From the NCBI GenBank assembly GCA_965644295.1, contig CBFFRP010000362.1, positions 62,001 through 126,000 on the forward strand: a stretch of 64,000 bases of DNA, read 5' to 3'. Below, one piece after another: positions 40,645 through 54,024 of the stretch (the stretch's first letter is position 1; every line of letters begins with the position of its first letter). A model generated the notes under the pieces. It made no database searches. It was not told the origin of the DNA and saw only the letters and a list, made by a program, of their open reading frames with translations. Origin of the DNA: Paraphysomonas bandaiensis. Taxonomy: Eukaryota > Protista > Chrysophyceae. Position numbers and translations under genes: made by a program.

Positions 40645-41209
40645 GACAAGTTTGCTAGTGATATAATTTTAGCTAATATATAACAATTGCTGTGTGTTGC
40701 AGTTCAACGTTGATCGACATAGTTCAATATTGCAGATGTTTTAAAATATAATATAGGCATTGGAGTTCGCAAGTGATTGACAGTGTAGCACTCACGACAT
40801 AAGCGTTGTGACGCATGATACATCATACTGCTGTTATATGTTAGACCAAGCCGTTCAGTCCAATAACTGTCAACATACCCCACGTTCATATACATCCTTA
40901 TATTTCCGTAAAGGCAAAATGCCAATCATCGACTTTCAATTTAATTCTTATATTACTTATAGACCTTCACAGAAAAGATTTTAAGTATTTACAATATTTT
41001 TTATATTAATATCTTAAATACTCGAAACAGAGGATAGAAAAAAAGTGAAAACTGAAAATTAATATAGAAGGCTCAATTAATTCTATGTTACTTATTAAAA
41101 TTTTCGAAAATCGAATTGACATATATAGACCTGAGGAAGGAGGAAGTAAGTACGTAAGTACTAACTCACAACTCACATTATACTCAACTGATGTATTCAT
41201 CAGTAGCAA

Positions 41210-41652
41210 ATGTCTAACTATTAGCCACAGGCGTTTAAGATTTAGAACTAATTGAGCATGGAGTTTAACTAACTAGTGCTTAACCCTATATAAAATTAGT
41301 ATTTATTAGCAGTAGGCGTCAAGAACCAACACCAGATAAGTAGAGCTAGATGAAGACTAGTCAAGCGAGATCGACCGCTACCTGTATCGTAACAAGCACA
41401 AATTCTCATGTCTTACTATGTAACGCTACGGAAGCTGCTTGTGCGTCGCCGCCAGCACCAATATGCAACAACTTCCGTTTTTGTATGTGAGAAAGAAGCT
41501 CTCTATGGACGTTAGTCCTTGCGGTACAGAAGTCCTTGAGGTGCTTAACTCAACAAGCATTTGGCTATGAGTGGACAGAACAATATCTGCTGACTATAAA
41601 TCTATATATATTATATAATCGGCTCACGTCAGTTTCCCGGAGAAATATCTCC
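41210..41652 (+). repeat. Unclassified dispersed repeat family, copy B (resumes at 43100 to about 43145 after a nested insertion)
   Basis: Matches 60415-60815. After the insertion, TCTCCAGTAC..CCCCAGAACACC matches 60810-60850. Confidence 0.78.
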
Positions 41653-41686
41653 TGTTAGAATTGGACATTTCACTGAAGTTAACTTT

Positions 41687-42773
41687 GGGAAATATTATTC
41701 AACCTAGTCAAATTGGTTGAATTACCTAATGAGGAGTGTGTCATCAGTCTTACAGCATCATGAGGAGTGTGACATCAGTCTTACAGCATCTTGCTTTCAG
41801 ACTGGCTTATGGGTATGTCGTATTTTGGATTCAGGTCCTCTGAACTGTAAATGTGTATGACTTGGTTTTATATTGTACTGATGCGTTTTAGTAGAGTACG
41901 GATCACTGCATTATAGGTACCACAGCATATATATGCTGTAAGGGAGGAAGCTTACAAAATCAAGAGCGAAACCTATATTATTATCGTTCTTGTCTACAAC
42001 TGCCCGCGCTGTGGGTACTCTAGCAGCTATTGATCCTACCTCTAGTGAGGTATGTGCAATAGATATGTACTCTGCATTTATATAATATCTACTATCCACC
42101 AACAAAACCTGGTAAAATCACTTTACCAGGTTTGGGCATCACATCGACTTTATTACAATATATTTTGCGTTCTTGTGACTGTTAATCATTGTATGACACA
42201 ATATTTTTTACAATCTTGTGAGTGCTAATCATTGTATGACAGGCACCACAGTATAATATTATGTATGTTGTACGGGAGATCCCTTAATAATCAAGTGCAA
42301 ACCCAATATCGCTTGTGAGGTATGTAAAATACATTTATAACTCTCTATATATCTTAATTATGTGCTCAGGGAACATTGATGTGAAGCACATGTTGACCTC
42401 CATCAAGACTCAAAATGCAGCGAGGTCCCTTATCAACGGTGAACCCACCGATGTCATGGCCTTGGGAAGCTATGGAATTGCACCGGACATGGTCACGAGA
42501 AATTGTCCAATTTCTCATTGGAATGCAACGTTATAATGTTATGAATTGCATGTATACAATATCTACATTTATCAATTGATGGCTAGAGTATGCTCCCATG
42601 TTTGAATGAAAATTTTTATTTTTGACTAGGTGAATACCATAAAACCTAGTCATTGTAAACTGAAAATATGAATTATTAAATGACTAGGTTTCAACCGCTT
42701 GACTAGGTTTTTACACCAATTTTGGTGTGACTAGGAAATTCCACCAATTTGACTAGGTTCAATAATAGATCCC
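41687..42773. mobile_element. Mutator-like non-autonomous TIR element
   Basis: Imperfect TIRs of about 40 bp start with GGGA (GGGAAATATTATTCAACCTAGTCAAATTGG / GGGATCTATTATTGAACCTAGTCAAATTGG). Perfect 9-bp TSD GTTAACTTT at 41678-41686 and 42774-42782. Subterminal TGACTAGG repeats. Confidence 0.88.
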
Positions 42774-42889
42774 GTTAACTTTGCTCTACACACGTAAACC
42801 TTAAGCTTGCTATGTTGAACACAATGCACTTTCAAGTAAGAAATTATAATTATTATACTGAACACTTCACTACATATTCGTGTAACATA

Positions 42890-43099
42890 TGTTGAAACAT
42901 CTGTTCTCAGCAACATCTGTTTATCATATTTTCATCAGTCAGTTCTATATTATCTTGTATAGTCACACATCAGTAACTGAATTTAATTCCTTTGTACCTA
43001 TAATCACCAGTTACACCTATGAGTTGATTTCACCTATTGCACACTATCAACTCACTTCAATTGCACAGTATATATCACATCATATTGCAGAACTCAACA
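42890..43099 (-). repeat. LTR of the copia family seen at 8241-8450, with no internal coding sequence
   Basis: TGTTG...CAACA ends, and full-length similarity to 8241-8450. Confidence 0.88.
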
Positions 43100-44127
43100 T
43101 CTCCAGTACATATCCCCCAGAACACCACGAAAAGATGCGAGCGACTTAGTTGAGGGTTGAGGGAATATTTTCATCAATAAAAAATAATGTCATCTTTTAG
43201 GCCGTCACAAACTTGCATTACTATTATTTTAATTAAGTTAGAGTGTGATATGTTTAGTATCGGCTGCTTATTACTTATTACGGTTTAGCGCTCAAATGTG
43301 CAAAGTGAATAGGGTAAAGGTAATTGTTAGGGGTGTAGGGTGTATCTACTTGTTTACAGGTAAGTGAATTACTACTGATCGTTATCACATATATATTAGA
43401 CTACATTTAGCATATCAAACCTACCTCTTTAGTCATTCGATATGAATATATTCCAAAATGTATGCTGAACATTATAAGATTTTATAAATATTATTTATAT
43501 TTTATTAGTTCTTCCTTGAATCGTTGGACATTATACCAATTTCATCTGTTTTATTCTTCTAACCGCTTGCACGGATTCATACTGACGTATCCAAACAACA
43601 GAAAGACCAAAGGCAAATATCGCATATATATCAGCCTTAACCTCCAGGTCATAAATCATATATTGTAAATATAGAAAACCGTAAAATAATAAGGGTACAA
43701 ACGGCGGACTTTAAGAACCGCACAACCAGATGAACGATGACGACATTCCAGTTTTCTTACCGGCAAAAGCCATCTGTTTCTTCGACGCAGCCATGTGGCT
43801 TCAACGACTGATGTATGAAACAGCATATAGTACAACGTGATACTTTGATAGGACCGGGGCTACCCCAAACATAGGGTGCTCGAATTAAAATATAAATGTA
43901 TCAGACACGGTGCAGAGAGATGTGAAACTACAGTAGCACTGACAAACCATAACAGAACAATACGATACAAGAAACAAAATGATAGAATGAGTCAACAGAT
44001 TCGACGTAGACTCCTGACAGAGTGATAAAGCGATTTGCCAAACGGCTGTTCAGATATCGAACAACACATTATATTGAGAATTCGGAGAAGAATGGTGTGA
44101 CATTACATTCTTGTCGACGAGAAATCA

Positions 44128-45540
44128 TTATATCGATGATTGAGAGTACAATGACGCGACGTTAAATTCTTGTCGACGAGGAACTGAAGGCGATGATTGC
44201 CCTGCTGCTGCTCGGAGAGAGAGTGTGGCGTCCGATCGAACAGATGTCTCTACATAAATCTTTCCACCATCCGACGAGGAGCTGGACGGTCGACCCTGCG
44301 TTCGTGGGAGCAGTCGCTTAGAAAGAGCAGAGAGAGCCTTACCCAATCGCCTTCGTAGAGAGCTCTTAGCCCTGTAGTCAGATTGGGTAGGAGCGGGGGT
44401 GGGGGGCGGATGCTTAGTTCTTTCTTTGCACTGAGAAGAAAAGATACTGGGGCCAGTTGAGAAGGGCTTACGTCTCACGCCATTCGACGCCATCTCTTCT
44501 GAGGCCGCACGAACCAATCTTGGAGTTATCGTGGTCATATAATTGGCTGAAGAAATTCCACCTGTTCGGAGAGGGATACCCTCTCGTCCATCTTCTGACC
44601 AATCCTCCAGACTTACCTTACGGCATGCACTGCAATCTGAATTCGCATCACTACTTAGAACATCATCGAACCCCGATAGCTCGAACTTTTCCAATGTTTT
44701 TTTGGAGTGAGCAATTGTAATGAGGTCCTGAATAGTGTTGTGCAGTCGCATATACTCTTCACATGTGATCATCATAGAAAAGTTCAGCATGCGTAGTATC
44801 GCACTCTCCATTTGATTTAGGTGAGTCAGTGATGTATTAGAAAACATGCCCGCAAAGTCAACATTCACCATAGAGAAATCGTCCCATATTTTACTGGCCA
44901 ACAGCATACATGTGAACAATGTATACCGCCAATTTAAGGCACAGATGCGAAAATCATTGTTGGTAACTTTTGATAATCGCTCCATATAAATTAAGGCGAT
45001 AATCATACATTCATATTCCATCTCGCTCTCATGATGAATAATTGTGAATATAAACTGAACTGCCTCCAAGGAATAGCTCTGCATAAATTCCGTTAAATAA
45101 GTTATTACGAACATATAAATTGCTCACATCTGGATGTATCGCTTCTGGTGTGCACTCTCGACAAAATATGCGATACTTATTCGGTGGGATATAAGAATCA
45201 TTTTCCGATTGCTGGATAACAGATACGATATTAGCACTGATACATCGAATGACGTCATCCTCCATGCAACGGAAGTCCGTTTTCATAGAGTGTGAACGAG
45301 AAGCCATTCTTCTTTTCCTCCTTGATTGTAATCCCTCATCAGGTGAACTGCTTCCTGGTTCAGAGATGCTGCTGAGGCTCGGAGATTCGGCATACTTTTG
45401 TTGTCTTTGTCGCTGTCGTGAGCCGTTTTTACGGTCTGATAGGATAGATATAATGCCCGCTAACAACACATAAGTATAGCAATAATATAATGATAATGCG
45501 TACCATGGTCTCTTGAGTGTGCTCTATTGAGGGTAGACAT
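44128..45540 (-). CDS. Cyclin Y-like cyclin, paralog 1, 3 exons
   Basis: ECMIIALIYMERL...NWRYTLFTCMLLASKIWDDFSMVNVDF cyclin box. First exon encodes MSTLNRAHSRDH. Confidence 0.88.
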
Positions 45541-46361
45541 CGTGTTGGGTGCGGTATAAGGCACTGAATGAGGCATACGAACGAGCTTCTTCACAGGAGC
45601 GAATACATCGATCTGATTCACTCACAGTGCATCTCTCATACGCTTGACCTCTAACCACACCTCCCTCGTTCCAGTGGAAGTTATTTCCTCACGGGGTTAT
45701 AAGATATACCACCATGAGGATCATTATGAAGGAGTTTCTTTATATTCCCTCACTGCACTGGACACTATCGTAACTATACACTACACAGTATACACACACA
45801 TACACATACATACATACATACATACATACACTGCAGAGCTTGTACGGCTCTCTCTATACGTCAACTGCCCTACGTATCCTCCAATTTTTTCAAATATCAT
45901 AATTGACGTCACACTCCTTTTTTTTACTGGCGAAATATCTGGACTTTGATGGATATATTTTGGTAATATCCAGTAGATCCGTTGCTGTGTAGATAGTAAT
46001 GGAATACAGGAATACATACATAGAGTACACTTTTTTGTAATTGAGCCAAATTACCAAGAAATTTAAGCACCTGCCCTCATAAAATACGTAGAAATGTTGA
46101 TATTTCATTAAAATCCCTGTAATAATCCCTAAAATAATCCCTAAAACCTAGTTTTCCCTTCAAACCTCCGTATTTTAGTGGGTGGTGTGCAGCAGGAGTG
46201 GCTCAGGGTAAGGGAAAGAATTCCCAGTTCATTGAACTAGGCGATAACTTCCTGACGTCATCTGACGATGCATGTTTCAAACTGAGCGATGTATTGATAT
46301 ATCCAACCATACACAGTTGTTTGTTGTGGCTGCTGAGGCATAGATCATATGTATAGGTGAC

Positions 46362-47466
46362 AATGGATAGAGATCACGGTAACAGTGTGAGTCGTTTATC
46401 AGGATCGTCTAATGGTTTGTTTGTATTCAGCGAGAATTGTGTCTCTCATTGTTGACGACCTATCGAAAGATAGTGCTTCTCATTGCAACCAGCATTCCTT
46501 TCTCTCACAGTCTCCCACTAGTGTGATGGATGGGCTGCCACTGTGGTATCACTTAGAGGATTGGCAGTGCCTCGATTCCGATATCATACGCAGCATATGT
46601 GCCTACATTGTCTCCAGAATAGAAGAAGCGGAGCGTGACCAATATGTTCCACCACGGGAGTACAGCATATTTTGCAGTAACTCAAAGTCGATTCCTGACA
46701 GCAAAGATGTAAGCGTACTGAGCTGTGTGTTATACTGTCGTATTCACAATATTTATATCAGTCATTTCGTCTGGAGACAATTCAGCAGTTATTCAACATT
46801 ATATACCAAGAGGGCGAGATGGAATATGAGTGCATGATTATCGCCCTCCTTTACTTAGAGCGACTATCAACACAAACGAATCATACCTTTCGCCTTTGTG
46901 CGTTGAATTGGCGGTATACCTTATTTACCTGTATGATTTTAGCCAGTAAAATATGGGATGACTTTACCTTAAAAAATGGTGCATTCGCGGACATATTTTA
47001 TAACACGAGTTTACACCACTTGAATCGACTAGAACGACATCTACTTAAGATACTGGATTATAGACTAGGCGTTTCCATCGATGAGTATATGGCCCTTCAT
47101 TCACTTTTGTGTGGGTTCGTCCACACGGCGAGAGAATTACGCGTTCAAAACTCCTTTGAAGAGAAAAGTGATATATTACATATTTTTCCTGGTGATGTAA
47201 TACTGCATCAACGGCATAGCGATATGTACATGATAGCCACTGCTGCGAGTGGGTCATGCTCACTCCCTCATACCCTCAACATAGCCCAATGCAAGAAAAA
47301 AAGGAAACGTTCTGTGAGAAGAAGTCTAGGAAAAATTATTTCCGCTGTCTCTAGACGACTGCTCCCGCAATTTAGAAAACAACCTTCTAATACGTTTCCA
47401 GACTGTGGAAAAGTGCAAGCGGAGCCACGTTCCCCTTCCTCTGCAGTGTTCTTTGCGGTTAGCTGA
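46362..47466 (+). CDS. Cyclin Y-like cyclin, paralog 2, 3 exons
   Basis: ECMIIALLYLERL...NWRYTLFTCMILASKIWDD. First exon encodes MDRDH. Introns fall at the same positions as in paralog 1. Confidence 0.88.
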
Positions 47467-48021
47467 AGAGCAGCAAGGTTATTTCTTATTTGCAAGCTCT
47501 GCGGCTATGATGACTTCTATCGAATAGATGTGTCAAAATATGAATCAAAGTTGTTCTTTGTTTATGCGAAAGATCTTGAATATGCGTGTTATTTCCATGA
47601 TTCACTCTTATCTATTACACTTGCACGATTCTTTTCAGATATTTTGGGTTAAGTGCACGTGCTTGATTATGCTGCTACCTGCCACTTGACATCTTGATAT
47701 GTTATACATTGAAGACAGTAAATATGAAAGTATAATTTGTGTTCAATATGATATCGCGACTTCGCTATATTGTCACCTTGAATCGGTGAAATGCATTTTT
47801 GTATTCCTCAGACATCATCCCATCTGCTAGAGGTTACGTGTTGTGTATGCTTATATCCATGCTCACTTACTTAGAGCTTAATAGTTGAAAACAATCATCA
47901 CTGAGATAATACCAGGATACTATGACTTAATACATTTACGTTTCACTGAAATGCATAGACCTGAGCAATATCGCCAAGTCATATACTCATACTCACATCC
48001 AATTCAGTCAATTTAAATATT

Positions 48022-50485
48022 CTACACTTCATCACATATCTCACGTTGCTTTTGCTTGTACTGCTCGATATGCTGAGCACTGGGCTTGTAGCCAGTGAAA
48101 GATCGCATGGGTTGATGATAAAGCTTAATATGCGCACGGGACGGTACAAACCCATTAAATGACGTACGGCGAACAACTTCATTTTCATCTCCCCGTGCAG
48201 CCTCTTCCTCTGACAATATAGAGCTCAATTTACGGGTTATTTCTTTATAAGTAGGAATATTTTGATAGTTTCCACCGCTAGTGATAAACAAATCCGAAGT
48301 TGGAAATTCGTCACCTTGCTCGTTTATCACACGCCATACTGATTCAATACCCTCATCAATAACATCCAATCGCTTTAGCACCTGATCTATCGTTGTCATT
48401 TTGATTGGTTTTTCCATGCCATTGAGATTCACACTCACTAACTTCTCCTCGTCATCGGAATCATCTGTAGTTGCCAAAGCATTTTCGACCTGTTCGTCAT
48501 TGCCATCAGCATGGCCATTTGATGTCTTTTTGGCATTGTAGAGTAGAGAGCGTATCGCTTTCATCTCGTCGACCATACGGGTGAAGAAACGAGAAGTATG
48601 AGTACGAGCCTGTAGAGCCCGACCCTCTGGTGATGCTCGACGAGCTTCTTCCATCATCGTCCAGTTCTCTGGCTCCGACATAGAGTTATTTCTAGCAATG
48701 TTTTTATCCTACCAGAAAGAGGAAAACACATCATTCAAAACACTAATGCTATATATAACTAAGAAATGACTTCACCACACGACTAAACCTAAAATACAAT
48801 GCAAAAGGTGTTCGCAAAATAAACCTGTGAATCTGATTTCCCTGAATCTTTATTGGTTTCTTTTGTGTGCACCAACCATCTAGGACCCAGTGTGCTAATG
48901 CAGATCAGTCCTATGGGTGCTGTCAAAAGAATTGACACCACAGCAGTGACCAGAATATCTTTGCCCCATTGTTCCCACTTATCAAAATCTGGATCAGTAT
49001 GGTCCATTTTTTCCCGGATAAGATCCAGTGGCACACTTCCCAATGCCGCCTGAACAGTGGCTTTAGGAATCCAACTCAAACCGATAAAGGATCTTTCCTA
49101 TGATATTTATAAATTATGGATTGAAATATTGACAGTAAAATTGATCGTACCTTGAAGTTGAAGTCCTTACCACCAGTTACGAGGAAAGCGACAGGAACCC
49201 GAACTGCCATTCCAACAATAACAGCCAAAATGGCTTTGGGTAAGACATTTAGCTCCAGTTCACGGAAGTCAACGGAAGCACCTATAAACCGATCAGTTCA
49301 CAGTGTGTGTGGAATATATTATATATATGGAAACACTACAGCAAGATGTATACAAAACATTGCCAGGTGTATTACGTACCGATTACTCCGAATAGCAATG
49401 GCTGTGCAACATTTGCCCAAATTGTTGCAATATGGCGCTCGACATCGTGGTGATGGGAGTTACTGGGTCCATTTGAGAGAATACCACACCATCCGTTCTG
49501 CCAACACATTGAAGCGAAAATACCAGTCATTAGACCAGCCATGGCCCCACCGCCATTATAGTGAAGCGTGGTTGCTCCGAACATAAATAAAAGTCCAAGA
49601 AGAATAGTAATGGCAGATCGCTTTAATTTGGTGTTCCAGATGGTGGTACAGCCGGCAATGTGCCCACCTGAATACATGGAAGTATGTCAGCGAGAATGTT
49701 GTGATACGACATTAATAATAAAGCTAAGTAAACTATAATTAGATATTACCAATATATCCACACACTGATCCTCCTATCAGGTTGATGGGGCCGTGCATGC
49801 CACCAAGAATTGGATTTTCACCTCCCTTCACGGCTAATCCTATACACATCGCAAAGCCACTGATAGCCACTACATCATCAAAAGAAGCAGCGGCTACTAC
49901 AAGTGAGGGAATACCCTTGATAACTCCATATCCACGCTTATGGAGGTCGAACATTCCACTAACGACGACAGCAGGGGACACCGCAGCCAAAACAAATCCA
50001 CCAGATAGGGCAAGAGCAAAGGGCATTTTGAACAAAACCAATGACATAGCACTTATTGTGAACGCCTCAGAGACACCTGGGCAAAGTGTCAACCTTATAG
50101 CTATGAAACCTTGCTTTTTAATCTTTGGGATATCGAGCTCAAGACCAGAGCGAAGCAATATTATCGACAGCCCAAATGCACGAAACTGTGCGCTCCATGA
50201 CTCCGGTAGCCCTTGCATCGGATCTCCAGGTAGATTACGCAGTAAGATTCCAACCACAAGCATACCTAACAGTGGAGGGACGTCTATTTTATTCATCGCA
50301 TTTCCCGCTAAGTAAGATGCTAGCCATAGTAAGATACTGGCCCACATGGGACCATTAGGGAGCATGAAATCGAATCCTAGAGCTAGCGTAAACATCCAGA
50401 ATGCGACTATAAACATTATGGGATTAGCAGCCATTTCAAGGTGCTGTTTAGTGATTGATTCCGTTAATCCACTCAGAGATATCAT
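48022..50485 (-). CDS. NHA/SLC9B-type Na+/H+ antiporter, 5 exons
   Basis: PPLLGML, ILLRSGLELD, AAVSPAVVV, AAASFDDV (DD motif) and WIPKATVQAALG are present. GT-AG introns were traced. Confidence 0.92.
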
Positions 50486-51170
50486 TGTAAACTATATGAC
50501 TTGATTCTTTAAGTTTAAACACGAGAGTATGGGCGTTAACTCTCCGTGGATATAATGTATATATACCCATATATTTATGGTACTATTGACCGGCTGATGC
50601 AGTAAATCCAGGGGACATTGTTCCACTATGAAGAATACGGCATCAGGATTGAATGATGAATCGGAATGTTAGATGAGAGTATTCGAATTTCATTATGAAC
50701 GAATGAAATAGAAGGAAATTATATTGTAACTCTCTTATTGGGTATGTGGAAGGGTGTGATTTCTATGAAGTTTTATTGAAGAGTTCTAGAAATGGGAAAA
50801 ACAGACTCACATATACAGAAGTGTAGCATCCATACATATAGTAAGACTGCTGATGATGGGGATGTATTTCTATGAGTGGTTTTACGTGACCAGATTTTGA
50901 TGAGAGTTTTCACATAACAAGGAACTCTATTTGAACCTCATCCAGTGCAGTCCAGGGATACTCACGGTCGATAATTCAACCCCTGAGTACTGTGCTAGTA
51001 ACGTTTGCATCAGATTAGCTAATATTTACTCATGAAAGCTGTCATGTGGTCATATATAAGCAGCTATATGTCTGACTTGCTGTGACCCACTCCATGCACT
51101 TGCATAGGCTCAATCTTCATTGAATAGGTTACTTTTCCTTCATCAATTGCAAGCGTCTATATTGTGACAT

Positions 51171-53380
51171 ATGGGCGGGGCGGTTACACGACCAGCAGGG
51201 GCAATTTTGCTCAATGTAAAGGACTATACCATTGAGTCCTACTTATCTGAGGGTGCTATGGGAAAAGTATATCTGGCTACAAGAAAGGCAGACGGTAAAA
51301 AGGTCGCAATGAAGTTTTTTGGGTAGGTATAATGAAAGCCACATACTACTTGCAATGCTGTTCTGTATGTATATGCCGTGAGATGTGAAGATTTCCTTTT
51401 GTGATGTGTCTGTGCAGATACACTCACTGTACTCCTGTCCATGAAGAAATTCAGCGGGAAATTGAACTTATGTTTGCTGTTGCTGGAACTGATGGTGTTC
51501 TTGAGACCCACGGCTACTTTATGGACTCAGTGGATGGGTATATAAGTGGAAAAATTCATAAGGATGGGAGGTATCCAGTAATTGTTATGGAGCTTTTGGA
51601 CGGTGGACATATGCTTGACAGGTGGGCCCATAAGTTTCGCTTCAATTCATGTGTGAGTTAACCGTCATTGGTGCATATTGTAGAATCAATAAGAGGAATG
51701 TGGTATCAGAGAAATTTATTTCTCGTGCATTTCGTAGCATTGTCCTTGCTCTGAGGAGTCTCCACAGCAAGGGTTATATTCACCGGTATGGCCATAATAT
51801 GTGTGTATATTGCTCCCTCAAATGCTATTGTACTGTGGAATGACATGATATTCTAATTTTTGCTTTTTCTATCAGTGATCTTAAGCTGGAAAATGTTATG
51901 CTTGCAACGAAGGACGAAGATTCGCCAGTAAAAATTATAGACTTCGGCCTGATGGTTCGACTTAAAGATAGTCTCTGCCGCTCAGGTCTACAAACCGGCG
52001 TATATCAGGACCGAAAGCGTCAAGGAACTCCGGGTTTTGTTGCCCCTGAATCGCTGACTGATATGCAGTACTCCTCCGCCTCAGATGTCTGGCAGGCGGG
52101 GTGTGTGTTATATTCACTACTTAGTGGAACTGCCGCTTTCAACCCCAATATTCCTGAACAAATTACTCAAATGTCTTATTTTAAAATGGTGGGCAAGGCT
52201 TGGGATAATATTTCTTCCTCGGCAAAAGATCTTGTGTCAAAGTTACTCAAGCGTGATCCGCGGTCTCGAATCACTATTTCCGAAATATTACAACACCCCT
52301 GGCTAGATGGAGATGCTCCGGATGTTAACCTTGGAGACAGCTATTTTGAAAGGATACGTCACCTTGCGCTACGACACCGCCTTAAAGCCTTTTTTGTTGA
52401 CAATAAAATTGAACAAGGAAACAAAGAGCGGCGAAAGCATTTACATCAACTGCTACCGGTTTTGGCGACACCTGCTTCTCCCGTAATCTCCCGTGATCAC
52501 TCAGGAAACCATACCTCTCTGAGTCCTATTCGAATTCCATCACCTGCAGTGTCGGACAATGAATCGGCTACAAACACACCCACAGCGGAAGATGCTGAGA
52601 AGTTTCGCGGAAAATTAAAATCTCTGAAACGGGCGGTCGTGCGGAGTGTGTCGAAAAATCAGAATCTCCTGAAGAGCAATGTGGATTCATTTGATGCAGA
52701 GGATGGAAAAGAGGACAATTGGAATACTTCTCTTGGAAATGTGCCCCTGGAGGCTGGTGCTAGTGGACAGAAGCGTATAGATTATAAGACATTCGGAAAT
52801 ATGCTTCGGAAGTGCGGTTTGCCTGAGCTATGTAACCCCGAGGTGTTCCATATATTTGATATGAAAGGGTGTGGAACGATTGACCTCAAAGAATTTCTTA
52901 TGACTCTCTTAGCATTCAATCAAGGTTGTGGTACAGATGATACACCAGATGAATCAGCCGCAAAACTTTTCTTCGATATGTTTGTAAGTAGAAAGTATTA
53001 AACTATATATTGTGCTCGTGTCATATATGTAGTGGTGATTGTACTGATTCTGTGGCATGTATTTTGTATTGAACCTTGGAGATATATCTTCCTTTACGTT
53101 TGTACAGGATATCAACGAAAACGGATATATTGACTTAGAAGAGCTTCGTCTCGCAGTGGAGTATCTCATGCATGACTATAATGTAAATGGCGAACTGCTA
53201 TCATCAGATGGGCCATGTGGCACAACTATAGGTCCGAACATTGAGGAGCTGTTTAATGCCATTGATATAACTCAGAATGGAAAAATTGAATTTCACGAGT
53301 TCAAAATTTTCTATGAGAGTTTGCTGACACATACCCGGACGTCTAATGACATGAAAAGTGCTTCTTTTATGCGAAACTGA
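51171..53380 (+). CDS. CAMK-group kinase with three C-terminal EF-hands (CDPK/CCaMK-like), 5 exons
   Basis: MG start; SEGAMGKV, VAMK, spliced HRDLKLEN, DFG and GTPGFVAPE. EF loops DMKGCGTIDLKE, DINENGYIDLEE and DITQNGKIEFHE. Confidence 0.9.
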
Positions 53381-54024
53381 TAGTGAAGCATTGTACATTA
53401 TGTATTTCAGAATAATACAGCAGTGACATGGATTTACGTTTCAAAGAGAGTATTACTACTATTGGAGTTACAGTGGTATGTCAACGTGAATGCAGTGTAT
53501 CGTGTATCACATACAAAGGATTTGTCGTTTTGCCTGACTGTTACTTACTTAGTGCTTTATTTTCAACATAAACGCCGTTAATACATATAGAATACCGTTG
53601 TTTTAATCAAAGTGTTATTCATTATATATATACATAGTACATAGTGGTTTTCGTACTCGTCGCGATTACACTGCATTCCAAATATTGCTGTGTTTGTCGT
53701 AGCTTGATTTGTCGACTTTGATGCTTGTAAGCTATTAAAAGCTGTGTTCCTAAGGTATTTGAATTATGACCGTTACTTGAATGCAGTAGTTGTTAAGTTG
53801 TAAACAGTATTACATGATACATGAACTAATAATCACCTGTTCATACAGTATATGACGACAAGCTGCTGATGTGTCCACAAGAATAAATGTTAATTAGTTA
53901 TGAATATATCCCACAATGCAAGTGCATGTCACCTTGATGACGAACTTAACTGGCAGCGTGAGTTACATAATGCTACAGTGCTACATTCACTACACCATAT
54001 GAGTTCCCCCCAGGTATAGCACGC

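Noticed and set aside
46110-46152. Telomere-like CCCTAAA repeats
   Set aside because: Only two or three interrupted units, in an internal location.
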